Shown here: piece by piece, positions 37,513 to 49,861 of the stretch
How positions within the stretch are numbered: the stretch's first letter is position 1
How the letters are laid out: the number at the start of each line of letters is the position of its first letter
NCBI RefSeq assembly: GCF_009914755.1
Contig: NC_060934.1
Length of the DNA stretch: 64,000 nt
Strand: one strand, 5' to 3'
From: the human T2T-CHM13v2.0 reference genome, Homo sapiens
Notes under the pieces: model-generated
What the model saw: the letters and a program-made list of their open reading frames with translations, nothing else
Told to the model about the DNA's origin: nothing
Databases searched by the model: none
Position numbers and translations under genes: made by a program

Positions 37513-40199
37513 GTAGAGGTGAAGTGTCAAGATGCTCTATGTCAAAATTAAAAGGTTTGCATTAGACAAGGTCAGGATGTCAGCAGTCTTTGTTTTCTGC
37601 AAAAAGGCCTTGCTTTTTGCCATGGATCTATTCATGACATGAAAACAATTTTTTTTAAGAAGCCAAATTGTGCTATAAATATATTAGGACAAACGACTTT
37701 TTAAGGAACTCCTGCAGGGAAGCTTTTTCTAAGGCATAGAGCCCATTTGTCATCAAAATCTTTTCCCCCAAAGCAAATTTGCTGGAATGGAAAGCACCGC
37801 ACCCCAGGAGTGCAGACAGCAGGGTCTGAGCTGCAGCCCTTCCTGATTTTCAGCTGGATGAACTTGGACTCATGGCTTAATTTTCTGGGACTCAGGCTTC
37901 CGAGGAGGTGGAGGGATGGTGGGGATGGAGGGAGCCAGCTAGGGGAGTAAAGTGGGAGGTGAGTGGAGGATCTCAAAGCCTCTTTCCAGCTTCTACACTT
38001 TCTTAGGGAATCCTATTATATTTTTCTTATTCTATTTCAGTTTTTGCAAAGCAGTTCATGATTGCTTCTACTGCCAAATAGCCAACCCCCCTCCCCAACT
38101 CCAGCCCAATTTGTAATTAGGCGTCACGGGCAGACAGGCTGTTCTTGACTCCTGGCCAGAAGCTCTAGTCTTTTGTATAAATACATATGCCAGATCTTAA
38201 GTGAGTATGTGTTATTTAAAACCCCAGAATTTCAGGGTGACTTTAGTCTACCAAACAGATTCTCTTGTCCATAGCCGTGGACTTTTTTTCCTTGATCAGA
38301 CATATGCTTCTCCCTTTAGTCTCCCAGTGGCTCAGGAGTCCACTGCACCTGTGGGATCTTGAAGGCGGTCAGAGGTGCTTGCTCAACTCTTTCTCACTTA
38401 AATAGCCCTTCCATGAAGCTGCCTGTGCAGACACCTGACCAGTGGCGTGGGGTGCCTTCTGCCGGGGATCTCTTCTTCACTTGAGGCCTGAACGTAAGGC
38501 CAAATTCCTCTCCAGTGTCACCAGGAGAACAAATTTATTTTCTCTGCATATGACCTTGTCGCTTTTCTTTCTGCCCTCCAATTTTCTAGCTAGTCAGAGT
38601 CATGTGCTGGGCTTGTGAGGTCTTCCTTATTTGATTATATTCATTGATTGTAGCCTGGTTGTACTGACGAGGCTTGAGAGTTCTGGAGTTCTCAGGAATT
38701 GATCAACATCACTCTCAGGAAAAATATCGAACTTGGATAAAAAGCACATCTTAAAAAGCAGCTCTGTCTGATTTCTGATGTTGTTGTTATAGCAAAGTGA
38801 TGTGCTCACCACCTGCTTCTGACAGTGTTACTGGTTTGAGTGTCAATTGAACCTGCAGCCAAGGTCAGAAATAGTGTGTGGTTGGGATGCAGGAAGCTGG
38901 GAATTAATCTCAGTATCATCCAGGCACTTATGATGCAACTGGAGTTTGATGATCAATGTCTTTTTGAATACCCTTGATGCTGCGTTCTTGGGTCTCAGTA
39001 TCTGTTGTTATAAAATCCATTCTGATCACTCAGAAACTGTATAAATACACATTAGTAATCCATTTGATCCAAAGTTGAGGTCACAACTATGAAAGTCACT
39101 GCAACGCTTTTAGTGGGAAGAGAAAGTGTTTCCTGTGATGATGGAGACGTCGTCAGTTGCTGACTTCACCCCAGCACAGAAGCCAGTATGGAGTTTAAAG
39201 GGTGCTGAGGTGTGGTCAGATTTTAACTCATTTCAAAGGTCCACAAAATAATGGATATGTAGTGAAATTTTACCCGTGGCCCTGGAAAAAGTTTGTAAAT
39301 TGCAGAGGTGTAGCTGTCACACAAACAGCCCCTTTGAGAATTTAGCCAATGGCTAAAGACACCAGACGCACCCCAGCGTTTAGGAGTCTGCTCACAGAAT
39401 GAGAGAACAGGGCAAGTTTGCAGCCATCAGGTGCCCCCAAATTCTGCATTCACGTGTCTACCACTGCTCCATGCCTTTGCCTTGCAAGGAAAACCCAGAT
39501 TTCTTAGTTACTGAACTTGTGGAGAGTTAGGTGCTAATTGGCTGCCAGGGGGAGCGTAGAAATTCCATGGATTACCCTTCGCATCAAGATGGCACAAACA
39601 GGTGTTTGCTGAATCCTCTCTCTACCAAAGGAATGCAAATAGGACTACAACCACTAAATATTTAAGGATAGTGGACTACTCTACTTTATGTCTTATAATT
39701 TAGGTGATTCCAATTGCTCGCCCTTAAGAGAAGGAAGGAGAGAGAGAGAGAGAGGGAGAGAGACACTGATTCTGTCTCTTCCTTGGAGTATATCTGGGAT
39801 AGAAGCAGTGAACCTGACATTCCCACCCTGTCTCCATTCTTGTGTGTTGTGGTGTCTGCCCCTCCCAGTGGGGGGCATCTCACGATGCTATGTGAGATTC
39901 TGTGGTTTAAAGATAGTTGTGCAACATTGTTCCTAAATGCAAGTCAACTCGGTGTTCAACTTAGGCTAAAGGAAACCTAGCAGGGCTGGATTTTGAGAGA
40001 CAGAATGCTGGCGTCCAACAGGTGCCCCCAATGGATTTTCCAAGGCTGTGGTTGGCTCTAGGTGATTAGAGCCCCACACAGCCTTTTAGAATCTAACCCC
40101 TAATGAAGTTCACCTCTGAGGCAATTCTTTGCTTTTCATCAGCTGTACATTTAGGGTAAGAGTTTTGTATCTCATTTCGCACCCCAAACATCCTCTTGA

Positions 40200-40335
40200 A
40201 GTAAGTAGAGCAGGCATTTATTATTACCCCCATTTTCACAGATGAAGAAATGATTGGATTTTCCCAATCAACAGCACAGGGCACATGAGTCACAGCTGGG
40301 CTCCACCCCAGCCTTTATATCCCTAATCCCTCACT
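40200..40335 (-). mobile_element. MIR
   Basis: ttattacccccattttcacagatgaagaaatga. Confidence 0.7.
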
Positions 40336-40470
40336 CTCTCCACTTTGCAGGTTTCTTCAGGATGCTGAGTCTTAGATTCTTCTGCCAGCCAATAGGCAAA
40401 TCCACAGGCCACAATATTTACCTCCAAACCACCTGGCAACAGTCATTATCACGGTATCCCTATCGGGCAC

Positions 40471-40851
40471 TGATATGGCTAGGATTTGTGTCCCCTCTCA
40501 AATCTCCTGCCGAATTGTAATTCCCAGTGTTGGAGGAGCCCCGTGGGAGGTGATTGGCTAATGGGGGTGGTTTCCTCCATGCTGTTCTCATGATAGTGAG
40601 TGAGTTCTCACGAGATCTGGTTGTTTAAAATAGTGAGTAGCACCTCCTGCTTCTCTCTCTTCCTTCTGCTCCAGCCGTGTAAGACGTGTCTGCTTCCCCT
40701 TCACCTTCTGCCATGATTGTGTTTCCTGAGGCCTCCCCAGAAGCAGAAGCCTGTACAACCTGCAGAACTGTGAGCCAATTAAACCTCTTTTCTTTATAAA
40801 TTACCTAATCTCAGGTAGTTCTTTATAGCAGTGTGAGAATGGACTAATTCA
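40471..40851 (+). mobile_element. MSTA-type solo LTR
   Basis: TGATATGG...GGACTAATTCA; perfect TSD GGCAC (40466-40470 / 40852-40856). Confidence 0.93.
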
Positions 40852-40982
40852 GGCACTTAGGGTTCAGACAGTGTGCTAAACACTTCACATACTTCATCTC
40901 ATTTGATTTTCTGAGAAACTTATTGGTTAATTATCATTATTATGCCCATATTACAGGTGAGGAAACTGAGGCTTAAAGAAGT
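40852..40982 (-). mobile_element. MIR body; remainder apparently at ~41850-41925
   Basis: atgcccatattacaggtgaggaaactgaggctt; the MIR 5' part gtgggattcagacacaag...cccaaagcc follows the MLT1 block. Confidence 0.7.
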
Positions 40983-41011
40983 ACGTAGTCGACAGGCACT
41001 GAAATGCTCAC

Positions 41012-41470
41012 TGTATTTGCTTCCTGGGGCTGCCATGAAAAAGTATCACAAGCTGGGGGGCTTAAGACAGCAGTGATGTGTTCACTCACAGTTCTGGAGA
41101 CTGTAAGTTTGAAAGCAGGGTCTCTGCAGGGCCATGCCCTCCCCAAAGGCTCTGTGAGGGGATCCTTCCTGGCTTCTTCTTAGCTTATGGCAGTTGCCAG
41201 CAATCCTTGGCCTCTCCTGCTTGCGGCAGCATCACACCAATCTCGGCTTCTGTCACCCCAGGGTCGTCTTCCCTCTGTGTCTGTCTCTGTGTCTCTCCTC
41301 TTCTAATAGGGGCACCTGTCATATTGGATTAAGGGCCCTCCATTCTCCAGGATGACATCATCTTAATTAAACTAATTACACCTGCTACTAATCTATTTCC
41401 AAATAATATCACATTCCAGGGCTCTGGAAAGGACACACATTTTGGGGGAGACACTATTTAACCTGGTACA
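41012..41470 (-). mobile_element. MLT1B/C-type LTR
   Basis: TGTATT...ggggctgccatgaaaaagtatcacaagctggggggcttaa...catattggattaagggccc...gggggagacactatttaacctggtaca. Confidence 0.88.
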
Positions 41471-41473
41471 TTC

Positions 41474-41848
41474 TGTAATCCTGTTTCTTCTTCCCGGACA
41501 CACAGGAATTCCACTCTTCCTAGTCTCCCTTACAATTAGATTGGGTCTATGTTCCTGCATTTTGGATAACAGAATGAGAGCAGAAGCAATGTTCATCATT
41601 TCCAGGGTTGGCCATAAAACACCTGTGTAATCTTCCACACTCTCTTCACTCATCAACAGATTGAATTTGGGAGATGACTCTAAGGAGGCCCTAGAAGCTG
41701 GAAATGCCCTCAGATGGAAAATGCAGAGATCCTGCATCCACAGCATGGAGGGCCTGCTTCTGAGGACTAAGCGGATTAAATAAACCTTTACGGGGCTAAG
41801 CCTCAGACCTGCAAGCTGCTTGTTATAGCTGTTAGCCTCACTAATACA
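41474..41848 (+). mobile_element. MLT1J-like LTR
   Basis: ttcctagtctcccttacaattagattggg...agaatgagagcagaagcaatg...ttgttatagctgttagcctcactaataca. Confidence 0.7.
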
Positions 41849-43259
41849 GACATCTAACTGGTAAACTGCAGAGTGGGATTCAGACACAAGTGCATTGAAC
41901 CCAAAGCCTAGGTTCTCAATTGCTGTTTGGTTTCCTGACCATTGCTCTTGCTAAGTTAGCTAGTGTTTTCTTTCTTTCTTTTTCTTTTTTTTTGTATATG
42001 CCCATCAGTGGTTTAGCAGCTGAGGGCACTTGTTTCCAAAATGACCTATTGCAATATTGCCCACTAGTGATCCATGTGTGAATGTGCATCGTTAGGGGGG
42101 TAAGAAGACAAAGTCCAGAAGTGCTAGAATGTTCTAGCATATTCATCCCCAGTTCTTCGCAGAGGAACCTACCAAAGAACTTCTGCATCAGCCTGTCCTT
42201 AGAAGGTCACCCATTTTTTTCATGTTGTTCCTCTTTATACTTCTAGGTGATGTCATGCCTCTTTGTAACCCACCCCTTCCTCACCGGCCCTTCCAGGAAT
42301 CTTGGGTGGGTCCTTGTTCCACTCGTCCTGAAGCTTCTTGAGTGCACACTATCTGCCAGGCACCAAGGAGGCACAGTGAAGGAAACTCTGCTGTCTCAAG
42401 GCTCCTATTCCTGGGGGAGGCTGAGATCAGGTCCTGAGGCGCAGGGCCCTTCATGGGATTGGGCCACAAGACACAAAAGTGAAGCTAAAGACAGAGCAGG
42501 TGTAGATCTGTGCCTCGACCTGGCTGGCAGTCGAGAAGGTTTCCCAAGGAGTAGTATTTGGGGTGACACCAGGTGAGGACAGTCTGAGTGAGCTGGGTGT
42601 ATAGGGAGATGCTCCAGAGCAGGGCAGGGAGGGGCTGACTGGAGCAAGGAAAGGAGACTGGGCCTTTCCTGGGCCTGGGCCCATATGATGGGGGCATGGC
42701 ACTCAGGGTAATTTTGTGCAGCTCTGAATGCACCTCCAGAGGGTGGAACCACCTCATCTTAAGATAAAAGTTTGGAAGCAGCCCTTTATTTTGGCTGAGC
42801 TTTTAGCTTCTAGAACAGTCTCCCAGGCTTCTGAATGAGCATCAGCCATTAGCATAGACCCCGGAAAACGCATGTGAGGTTGTTGGTGATTCTATGGCCT
42901 CAAATTTTCTATTTTGTGCATTGCTTTTCCTCATTTCTTGCTATCTATCTAGGGCCATGTTTTATAAACTAAACATTTCTCATGATGCGCAATCAGAATC
43001 TCGTGTATTGAATTATGAAATACTTGACACATGCAAAATATTACATAACATACATGGAAGGCATGTGAACCAGCCACTCAGCCAAAATTATAATTAAACC
43101 ACTCATCCCGTGTGCGAGAGCATTAGTTTTTTCCTCACCACTTTCTATTTTATTTTTTAATTTTTAAAAATGAAGGTTACTTATTAATGGTAGAACCCTT
43201 TTGCTATGAATAAAATTATTGTGACTAATTTTATAAGAAAAAGATGTGGTTCATTACAT

Positions 43260-43730
43260 TTTAAAAAGCAAGTTTATTGATATAACAATAAACTGCCTCT
43301 ACTTAAAGTGTAAGTTATGACATATGTATACACCCGTAAATTCATCTGTGCCATCAAGATAATGAACATGTCTATCTCCCCATGGTAGCCCCTCCCTCAT
43401 CTCCTTGAACCTCCATCTGTTTTCTGTCACTAAACATTAGCTTGCATTTTCTAGAATTTAATATAAAAGGAATTATATGGTATGGATTCCTTTTTGGCTG
43501 GCTTCTTCCATGTAGCATAATGATTTTGAGATTCATTCCTGTTGCAGTGTGCATCAGTAGTTCTTTTTATTGCTGAGTAATATTCCATTATATGGATATA
43601 TCACAATTTGTCTATTTATCTCTTGATGGACATTTGATTTGTATCCAGTTTGGGTATTACAAATTAAAGCTGCTATGAACATTCATGTACATCTCTTTGT
43701 TTGGAAATAGGCTTTTATTTTTCTGGGTAA
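43260..43730 (-). mobile_element. L1MB/ME 3' UTR fragment
   Basis: tttattgctgagtaatattccattatatggatatatcacaatttg...gctgctatgaacattcatgtaca. Confidence 0.88.
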
Positions 43731-44459
43731 TTTTATTTTATTATAACTTTCACCTCTTTCATAGTCAGATATCGTCTACTGTATACCCACGGCTTCTGCA
43801 CAGACCAGGCAGGACAGGAGTAAGGGTGTTTTTGCATTCCAATTTGAGACAACTTTAGCCACTGGGTTCTGGTCCAAGGAATGAAGCTTTAACTTGGCCT
43901 ATGAAGTTGATGAGCACATGCAAAGTATAATAGCTAAGTTAGTAAGAACGATCGTCAGGAGACCATTGTTTATGACAACCGACATGGAGGAGGAGAGGAA
44001 GTCTTCCTTCATCTCGTCTTAATCACATTTTCTCCTTGCCATGAGATTAGCAAACAATGCCCAGGAACAATCTGTAGGTGAAACACATCTTTTAAGGGTT
44101 GTTCATATCCGTTCCCAAAGTAAATGACACAAAACCAACATGAGTAGAAGCCAGGACAGGCGTAATTAATGGTGTTTATTTTTCATTAGGATGCCAGAAC
44201 AATTCCCTAATTGCTAGCAGATTCTAGGATCTGCCTTATTTGTAAACAGTGGTTCACAAAAAAAGTCATTAACAGAATAAACAGCCAATTTAGAGGAAGC
44301 AATTGCAATTATAAAATGTGTTTAACGGTTTAAAGAATATTGGTGATATTTCGTAGAGGCTGTCTCTCCCACATTTGAACAGCTACACTTGGCTCACCAG
44401 ACACCACCCACAGACCCCAACAAATCAGGACTATCCAGCTGGTTTGATCACTTTCTTAA

Positions 44460-44960
44460 AATGTGAATTTTCTGATTATAAAGCTAACTCATCCTCATTA
44501 TAGAAAATTTGCCAAATACAGAAAAGAACGACAAAGAAAAAAATCTCCCATATTCAACCTTTTAGCATTAACTATTAACATTTTAGTTTATTTCCTTCCT
44601 CCTATGGAATTTATAGTTGGGCTTGAACTCTATATACCATTGTGAATCATGACTTTTTCCCCTTGGCATTATTGTATAAACATTTAGTCTGTTTATTAAA
44701 GCTTTTTCTTTGTAAACACATTTTTAATGGCTAAAACATATCCCATTGTATGGACAGCCTATAATTTACTTAACCATTGCCCTTGTTGTGTGTACTTAGG
44801 TGTTTTCTCATTATTCCATAGCATAAATAGTGTTGCAATTAGTATCTGGGCAAAAATATTTTTAACTGTATTTAGGATAATTTCCTTGGAATATTATTCC
44901 CAGAAGTGAAATTTCTAGACCAAAAGGTATGAAAGTTTTTGAGGTTCCTGATACAAATTG
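44460..44960 (-). mobile_element. Old L1ME 3' fragment
   Basis: ttttaatggctaaaacatatcccattgtatggacag...attcccagaagtgaaatttctagaccaaaaggtatg. Confidence 0.7.
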
Positions 44961-44969
44961 AGCTCTGGG

Positions 44970-45279
44970 TTTTTTTTTTTTTTTTTTTGGGGGGGAGTCT
45001 CACTGTCTCACTTAGACTGGAGTACAGTGGCGCAGTCTCGGCTCACTGCAACCTCTCCCTCCTGGGTTCAGGTGATTCTCCTGCCTCAGTCCCCCTAGTA
45101 GCTGAGACTACAGGCACATGCCACCACACCTGTGCCTGGCTAATTTTTTGTATTTTTTTAGTAAAGATGGGGTTTCACCACGTTGGCCAGGCTGGTCTCG
45201 AACTCCTAACCTCAAGTGATCACTTGTCTTAGGGCTCCCAAAGTGCTGGGATTACAGGCATGAGCCACTGCGTCCCACC
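44970..45279 (-). mobile_element. AluSx/Sz-like
   Basis: Poly-T plus full dimer; degenerate TSD containing agctctg(g/t)gttt. Confidence 0.95.
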
Positions 45280-45704
45280 AGAAACTCAGCTCTGTGTTTA
45301 ATGCAGTCTCCCGGTAGAGGTGATAAGAGACTAAACCCAAAGGCAATGGTCATGGTTAAATAGATTGCCTTGTGTGGGAGCTGGCGTGATGTGAATAAAA
45401 AATCTCGAATTTCTTAGTTTGGAAAGAAGACAGAGGGTCCTGAAAAAAAGCATCACTTTCCAAGAGGCAGCAGCACTCAGACTGGGTGTAACAATGTAAC
45501 TTGGAGGGAAACCCTGCTTCAAAGATGGAGATAAGCAAAAGGATGCAGAAATGAGCTGTCAGGGTTGTCCAAGTTTGAGGGGAATGCTGGAAGCCTCCAA
45601 AATGAAAGGCAGAGGCCATGCCTCACTCCCAAGACTGGGGTGACCATCCACATGAGTCCCCAACAATCAATGTCTGTCTTCTGTAGTTGCCTCCTGAGGG
45701 TCTT

Positions 45705-45930
45705 AATGGATTGTAACTCCCTCGAGAGGCAAAAGTAGTATTGTTGTTGTTGTTACTATTTAAATCCCCTTTGCTTCAGTATATGACACAAGGTATACAA
45801 CAGGTGCTTACTAAATGAGACTTTAAGTTCCCCGAGGTTAGGATCAATGTCTGTCTTCTCTATTCCCAGTGTCTAGCACAGTTCTTACCATATAGTAGAC
45901 GTTTAGTAGGCATTGGTTCAACAGAATATA
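45705..45930 (+). mobile_element. Two adjacent L2 3'-end fragments
   Basis: ttgtaactccctcgagaggc...caggtgcttactaaatg; agactttaagttccccgagg...cccagtgtctagcacag. Confidence 0.6.
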
Positions 45931-46320
45931 TTCAGATAGTTGCTGTCTAATAACCAGTCATTCAGATTCATTTATACAAAAGCTTGTGGGAGAGATAAAA
46001 ACCCACTAGGTTTGGCTGAATTCCACCCTCTCAATTTTTCTTTCCTACCCCTCCTTACTCTGCTCTGCGTCCCCCACAGGGCTGAGCTATGAACCTACCC
46101 AACCAGTGACTAATACTATGATCAGGTCTGTCAGCCTGAGCCTCTAACCCAAGCTCGCTGAGATGGTGGTATCTGTTCTTTAGCTGCTTAACTAATGAGG
46201 AAGCAAAGTTGCTGAAGTGTCTTTCTCATCAGAAGTGATGAGCTTGCCCATGATTCAGAGAAACAATTCCATCTTTCTCCCAGTCTTGTGGGGGAAGCTG
46301 AGTTGGTTATTCATTCCACC

Positions 46321-46660
46321 TTTCTTTCTTTCTCTTTCTTTCCTTTCTTGTTCTTTCTCTTTCTCCTTTTTTTTTTTTTTTTTGATGGTGTCTTGCTCTG
46401 TCGCCCAGGCTGGAGTTCAGTGGCGCATCTCAGCTTACTGCAGCCTCTGCCTCCTGGGTTCCAGTGATTCTTCTGCCTCAGCCTCCTGGGAGCTGGGATT
46501 ACAGGCGGACACTATCATGCCCGGCTAATTTTTGTATTTTTAGTAGAGATGGGGTTTCACCATGTTGGCCAGGCTGGTCTCAAACTCCTGACCTCAGGTG
46601 ATCCGCCTGCCTCAGCCTCCCAAAGTGCTGGGATTACAGGCGTGAGCCACCGCGCCCAGC
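46321..46660 (-). mobile_element. AluSx-like with (TTTC)n-derived tail
   Basis: Full dimer ending gagccaccgcgcccagc; TSD TTCATTCCA (46310-46318 / 46661-46669). Confidence 0.96.
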
Positions 46661-47216
46661 TTCATTCCATTTTTTCAAAAACTAGTAACTCATATTAATT
46701 AGTTCAGTAACCCAGGACTTATTTCAGATTCCGGCAACGATGTCCTCTCATCATCAAGCTACAGACTTCCAAGGTAAGACTGAGCCATGTTGCCAGCAGG
46801 CTGACATCTCAGTAACCATCGCCGTCGTTGCTATCATAGCATCTAGAACCGTGCTAGTCTTGCGTTCACCATGGCAACAGGACAATGCGCAGCCTCTGCA
46901 TTTCCATTATCTTTTGTTGGTTTCCTAAAAGTGGTATTTTCCATGCCAGTATTTTCTTAGCTTACCAATTACACTTTAGAATTCTTTTTGTCTGAGGTTT
47001 GCTTCTCTAGCATTTGGAAAACAAATTCATGAAAAATGGTATAAATTCCAAATTGTAGGAAATGGAAGTCAGCTTGGGCACTGACTGGTTTTACAATGTG
47101 TAGTCTTAAGTTTTTCGAGACAGTATATAGAAAAAAGGTTAATTAAAACCATGTCATATATTTTTATGTAGTGAAATCAATTCCTGTCTAAAGTGTGATT
47201 AGTCTTCTAATCTGCC

Positions 47217-47575
47217 TGTGTGAGTCAGAATAAGCTGGATAAAGTTCAGTAAAAAATGACTCCAAGTTTCAATGGCTTTAACATGATACAAGTTCATTTC
47301 TCTCTCAGGCTCTTCATCCATTGTGGGTCATCAAAGGGCTTTGTTCCATATAGTCACTCAGGGACCCAGGGTAGCTAAGATGACATCAGGAACATTGTGT
47401 TTTCTGTGGCAGTAGAGGCAGAGAGACGGTTGTCTATCAGATCTTCTAGGCTTCAGCCCAGAAGTGGCACATTGGCCAGAACAATTCATCTGACCACTCC
47501 CAACTATGAGGGTAGCTGGGGAATGTGGGGAAGCAGATGGACTATTTTTTGAGCACCATTACTGTATCTGCCAAG
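47217..47575 (-). mobile_element. MLT1I/J-like LTR
   Basis: caatggctttaacatgatacaagttcatttctc...agtcactcagggacccagg...cagcccagaagtggcacattggccagaac...gctggggaatgtgg. Confidence 0.75.
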
Positions 47576-48257
47576 GCTGATACAAGCAGTTAATCCTCTG
47601 GTCTATTTCTTTTAAAGGAGAGTTGAGAATTAGCTTTTCTGTTTTTTCCACCCCTCCCCTTCTCTCCCCTCCTCTCTTCTCTTCTCCTCTTGGAATATCT
47701 GTATCTGTATGTATCTCCAATTACAGTTTGAGCTCCATGAGGCTAAAATTTTACTTTCTTTTTGTATCCCCAGTGCCTAGTAGACTGTCAGGCACTTAAT
47801 ATGTATATAGTCCGTGGTTACTGAATAAGTGATAATTGTGTAAATGGAGGTTTTACCTTGCCAGAAATGATACCATAATATGGTCAATGAATTATAATCG
47901 CAGAATTCTACAGTGCCATAGAAGGAGAGAATCTTTTTGTCTAGAACTTTTGATGGCCCATTGACCATGAGGACACCGTGGCTGGGACAGCCAGTCAGTT
48001 GTTGGGCCAATGATGCTCTTCTCTATGCAGGCTTTCTTGGAAGCTGTCTTCCTAGAGTGGACAAGCCCACGTCTTCATAGGAAAAAGATTCGTGGAAAGT
48101 GGAATCTCAGCTTTGGTATTGTACCCCGTCCCCCCACACGCAGCCCCACTTTTCATTTTTCACTTCAGCTTCAACACTGAGGCAACTTTCCCATTATTCA
48201 AATCCTAGGAACTTTGTCCAGGTCTCAGGCTTCTCTGGGACTTACTTCTTGAAGCAT

Positions 48258-48460
48258 CGTAGCATAGTGGAAAGGACTTTGACTTCAAGGAAGAGTGTTG
48301 GGGTTTAAATCCTGACTCTTGCAAGGTAATTTCTGCATGGCCTTGGGCAGGTCACTTGCCCCTCAGCCAGGGCTCTCCCCTGGGAAGTGGGAAAGTGCCG
48401 TGTGTCTCACGGGGTTGCTTCGGTGGCTAGATGAGACAAAGTATATGTAAGTCCAACCAG
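48258..48460 (+). mobile_element. MIR
   Basis: gtagcatagtggaaaggac...ggccttgggcaggtcactt. Confidence 0.7.
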
Positions 48461-49449
48461 CAAGCAACAAGCTGAGCAGGTCTCTTGATGTGAGCACACA
48501 ACTGTAGCCCATTGGAATAGTGGCAGTTGTGGCATCTGTCCTTCAGTGACTTAGCTGATAAGGAGCAAAGAAGCCAAAGTTTCCTCCTCCTTATGAGATA
48601 ACTGGCATGGCCAGAATCAGTGTGGCGTGGGACTCAGTTCACAGGTATTGACAATAAGAACAATAATGATAGAAACTTGCTTCATACCCTTCTCCAGCTT
48701 CTTCCTGTTCCCAATCCATAGCCCCTCCCCCTTCAAATAAAAGCAGAGCTGCTACTCAGCCTTCCTGAATGAAGGAGAGGTGACCTTGTCCAGCGTGCCC
48801 TCTGGATACCATGAAATGTCAGCTTCCTTCCCACCGGGTTGGGGTGGAGATTGGCTGTTTAGAGATCTGCAAACTTGCTTCACTCTCAGAGGAGAGAGGA
48901 AGTATGTTTTCTCAGGCATTGGGAGATACCCATCAAAATTCCACACACCTTGTCTGGGCTGAATTTTACAAAGCATTTGAAATGCTTTGTAAATTTAATT
49001 GTCTTCAGACAGTGTATTCAGATTGATTAGGTAATCAGTGCATTTGGTACAGTGGTAACTCGTTTTAATATCTAAGTAGAGCTGGTGGGCTTTCTTGTGC
49101 ACAAAGTGCTCCCCAAGGTATTCAAGGCCCAGTCGGAGCCACACTCCTGTTGAGCATCACTCAGAGGCTGGGGAAACATCGGGGGTCGGGGGGGGGGCGG
49201 CGGGGGCATGGTGGATGGGGAGTGCAGGGAGTCTGCGAGGTTGTTGAGCCCAGCTGCTCTCAGGGTGCTTTGATTTCCTTTCAGACAATTCCCTGTGTGC
49301 TCTAACAAGCCATGGAATCTTCACTGGGTAGTTACTGGCGATAAGACATTGAGCTAGCCTCAGAGGAACTTGACCATAGGAAGTAGTAGAAGAAGGGACA
49401 GGAGGACCAAAATTGCTGTGCCATGTGCTTTTCCTGTGTCCTCTTGTTT

Positions 49450-49579
49450 TGTTTTTTAAATTAGAGATGGGGTCTTACAATGTTGTATAGGTTGGTCTTG
49501 AACTCCTGGGCTCAAGCAATCCACTCACCTCGGCTTCCCAAAGTACTGGGATTACAGGTGTGAACCACCTTGCCCAGGC
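49450..49579 (-). mobile_element. FLAM_C-like Alu monomer
   Basis: Single monomer with 13-bp TSD TGTCCTCTTGTTT (49437-49449 / 49580-49592). Confidence 0.92.
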
Positions 49580-49693
49580 TGTCCTCTTGTTTAATACACA
49601 CTATGAGGTACAGGGAAGCCGAGGCTTTATGAGGGTTAGTAACTTGTAATGCCACCACTAGTGGCAGTCGTTTTGGACAACATAGATCTAGAT

Positions 49694-49836
49694 GAGGGGT
49701 CTTCAAACTATGGCTCATAGGCCAAATCTGACTTAGAGTTTAAAATGATTATATAAGTAACTGATTTTGCCTATTGGTCTTCAAAGCCTAAAATATTTAC
49801 TACCTGGCCCTTTAAGGAAGAGTTTGCTGAGCACTG
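49694..49836. mobile_element. Internally deleted MER58B-like MITE
   Basis: aggggtcttcaaactatggctcataggccaaatctg...aagcctaaaatatttactacctggcccttta...gtttgctgagcactg; TSD atctagat/gtctagat. Confidence 0.85.
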
Positions 49837-49861
49837 GTCTAGATAAAAGCACAGTGGACAC

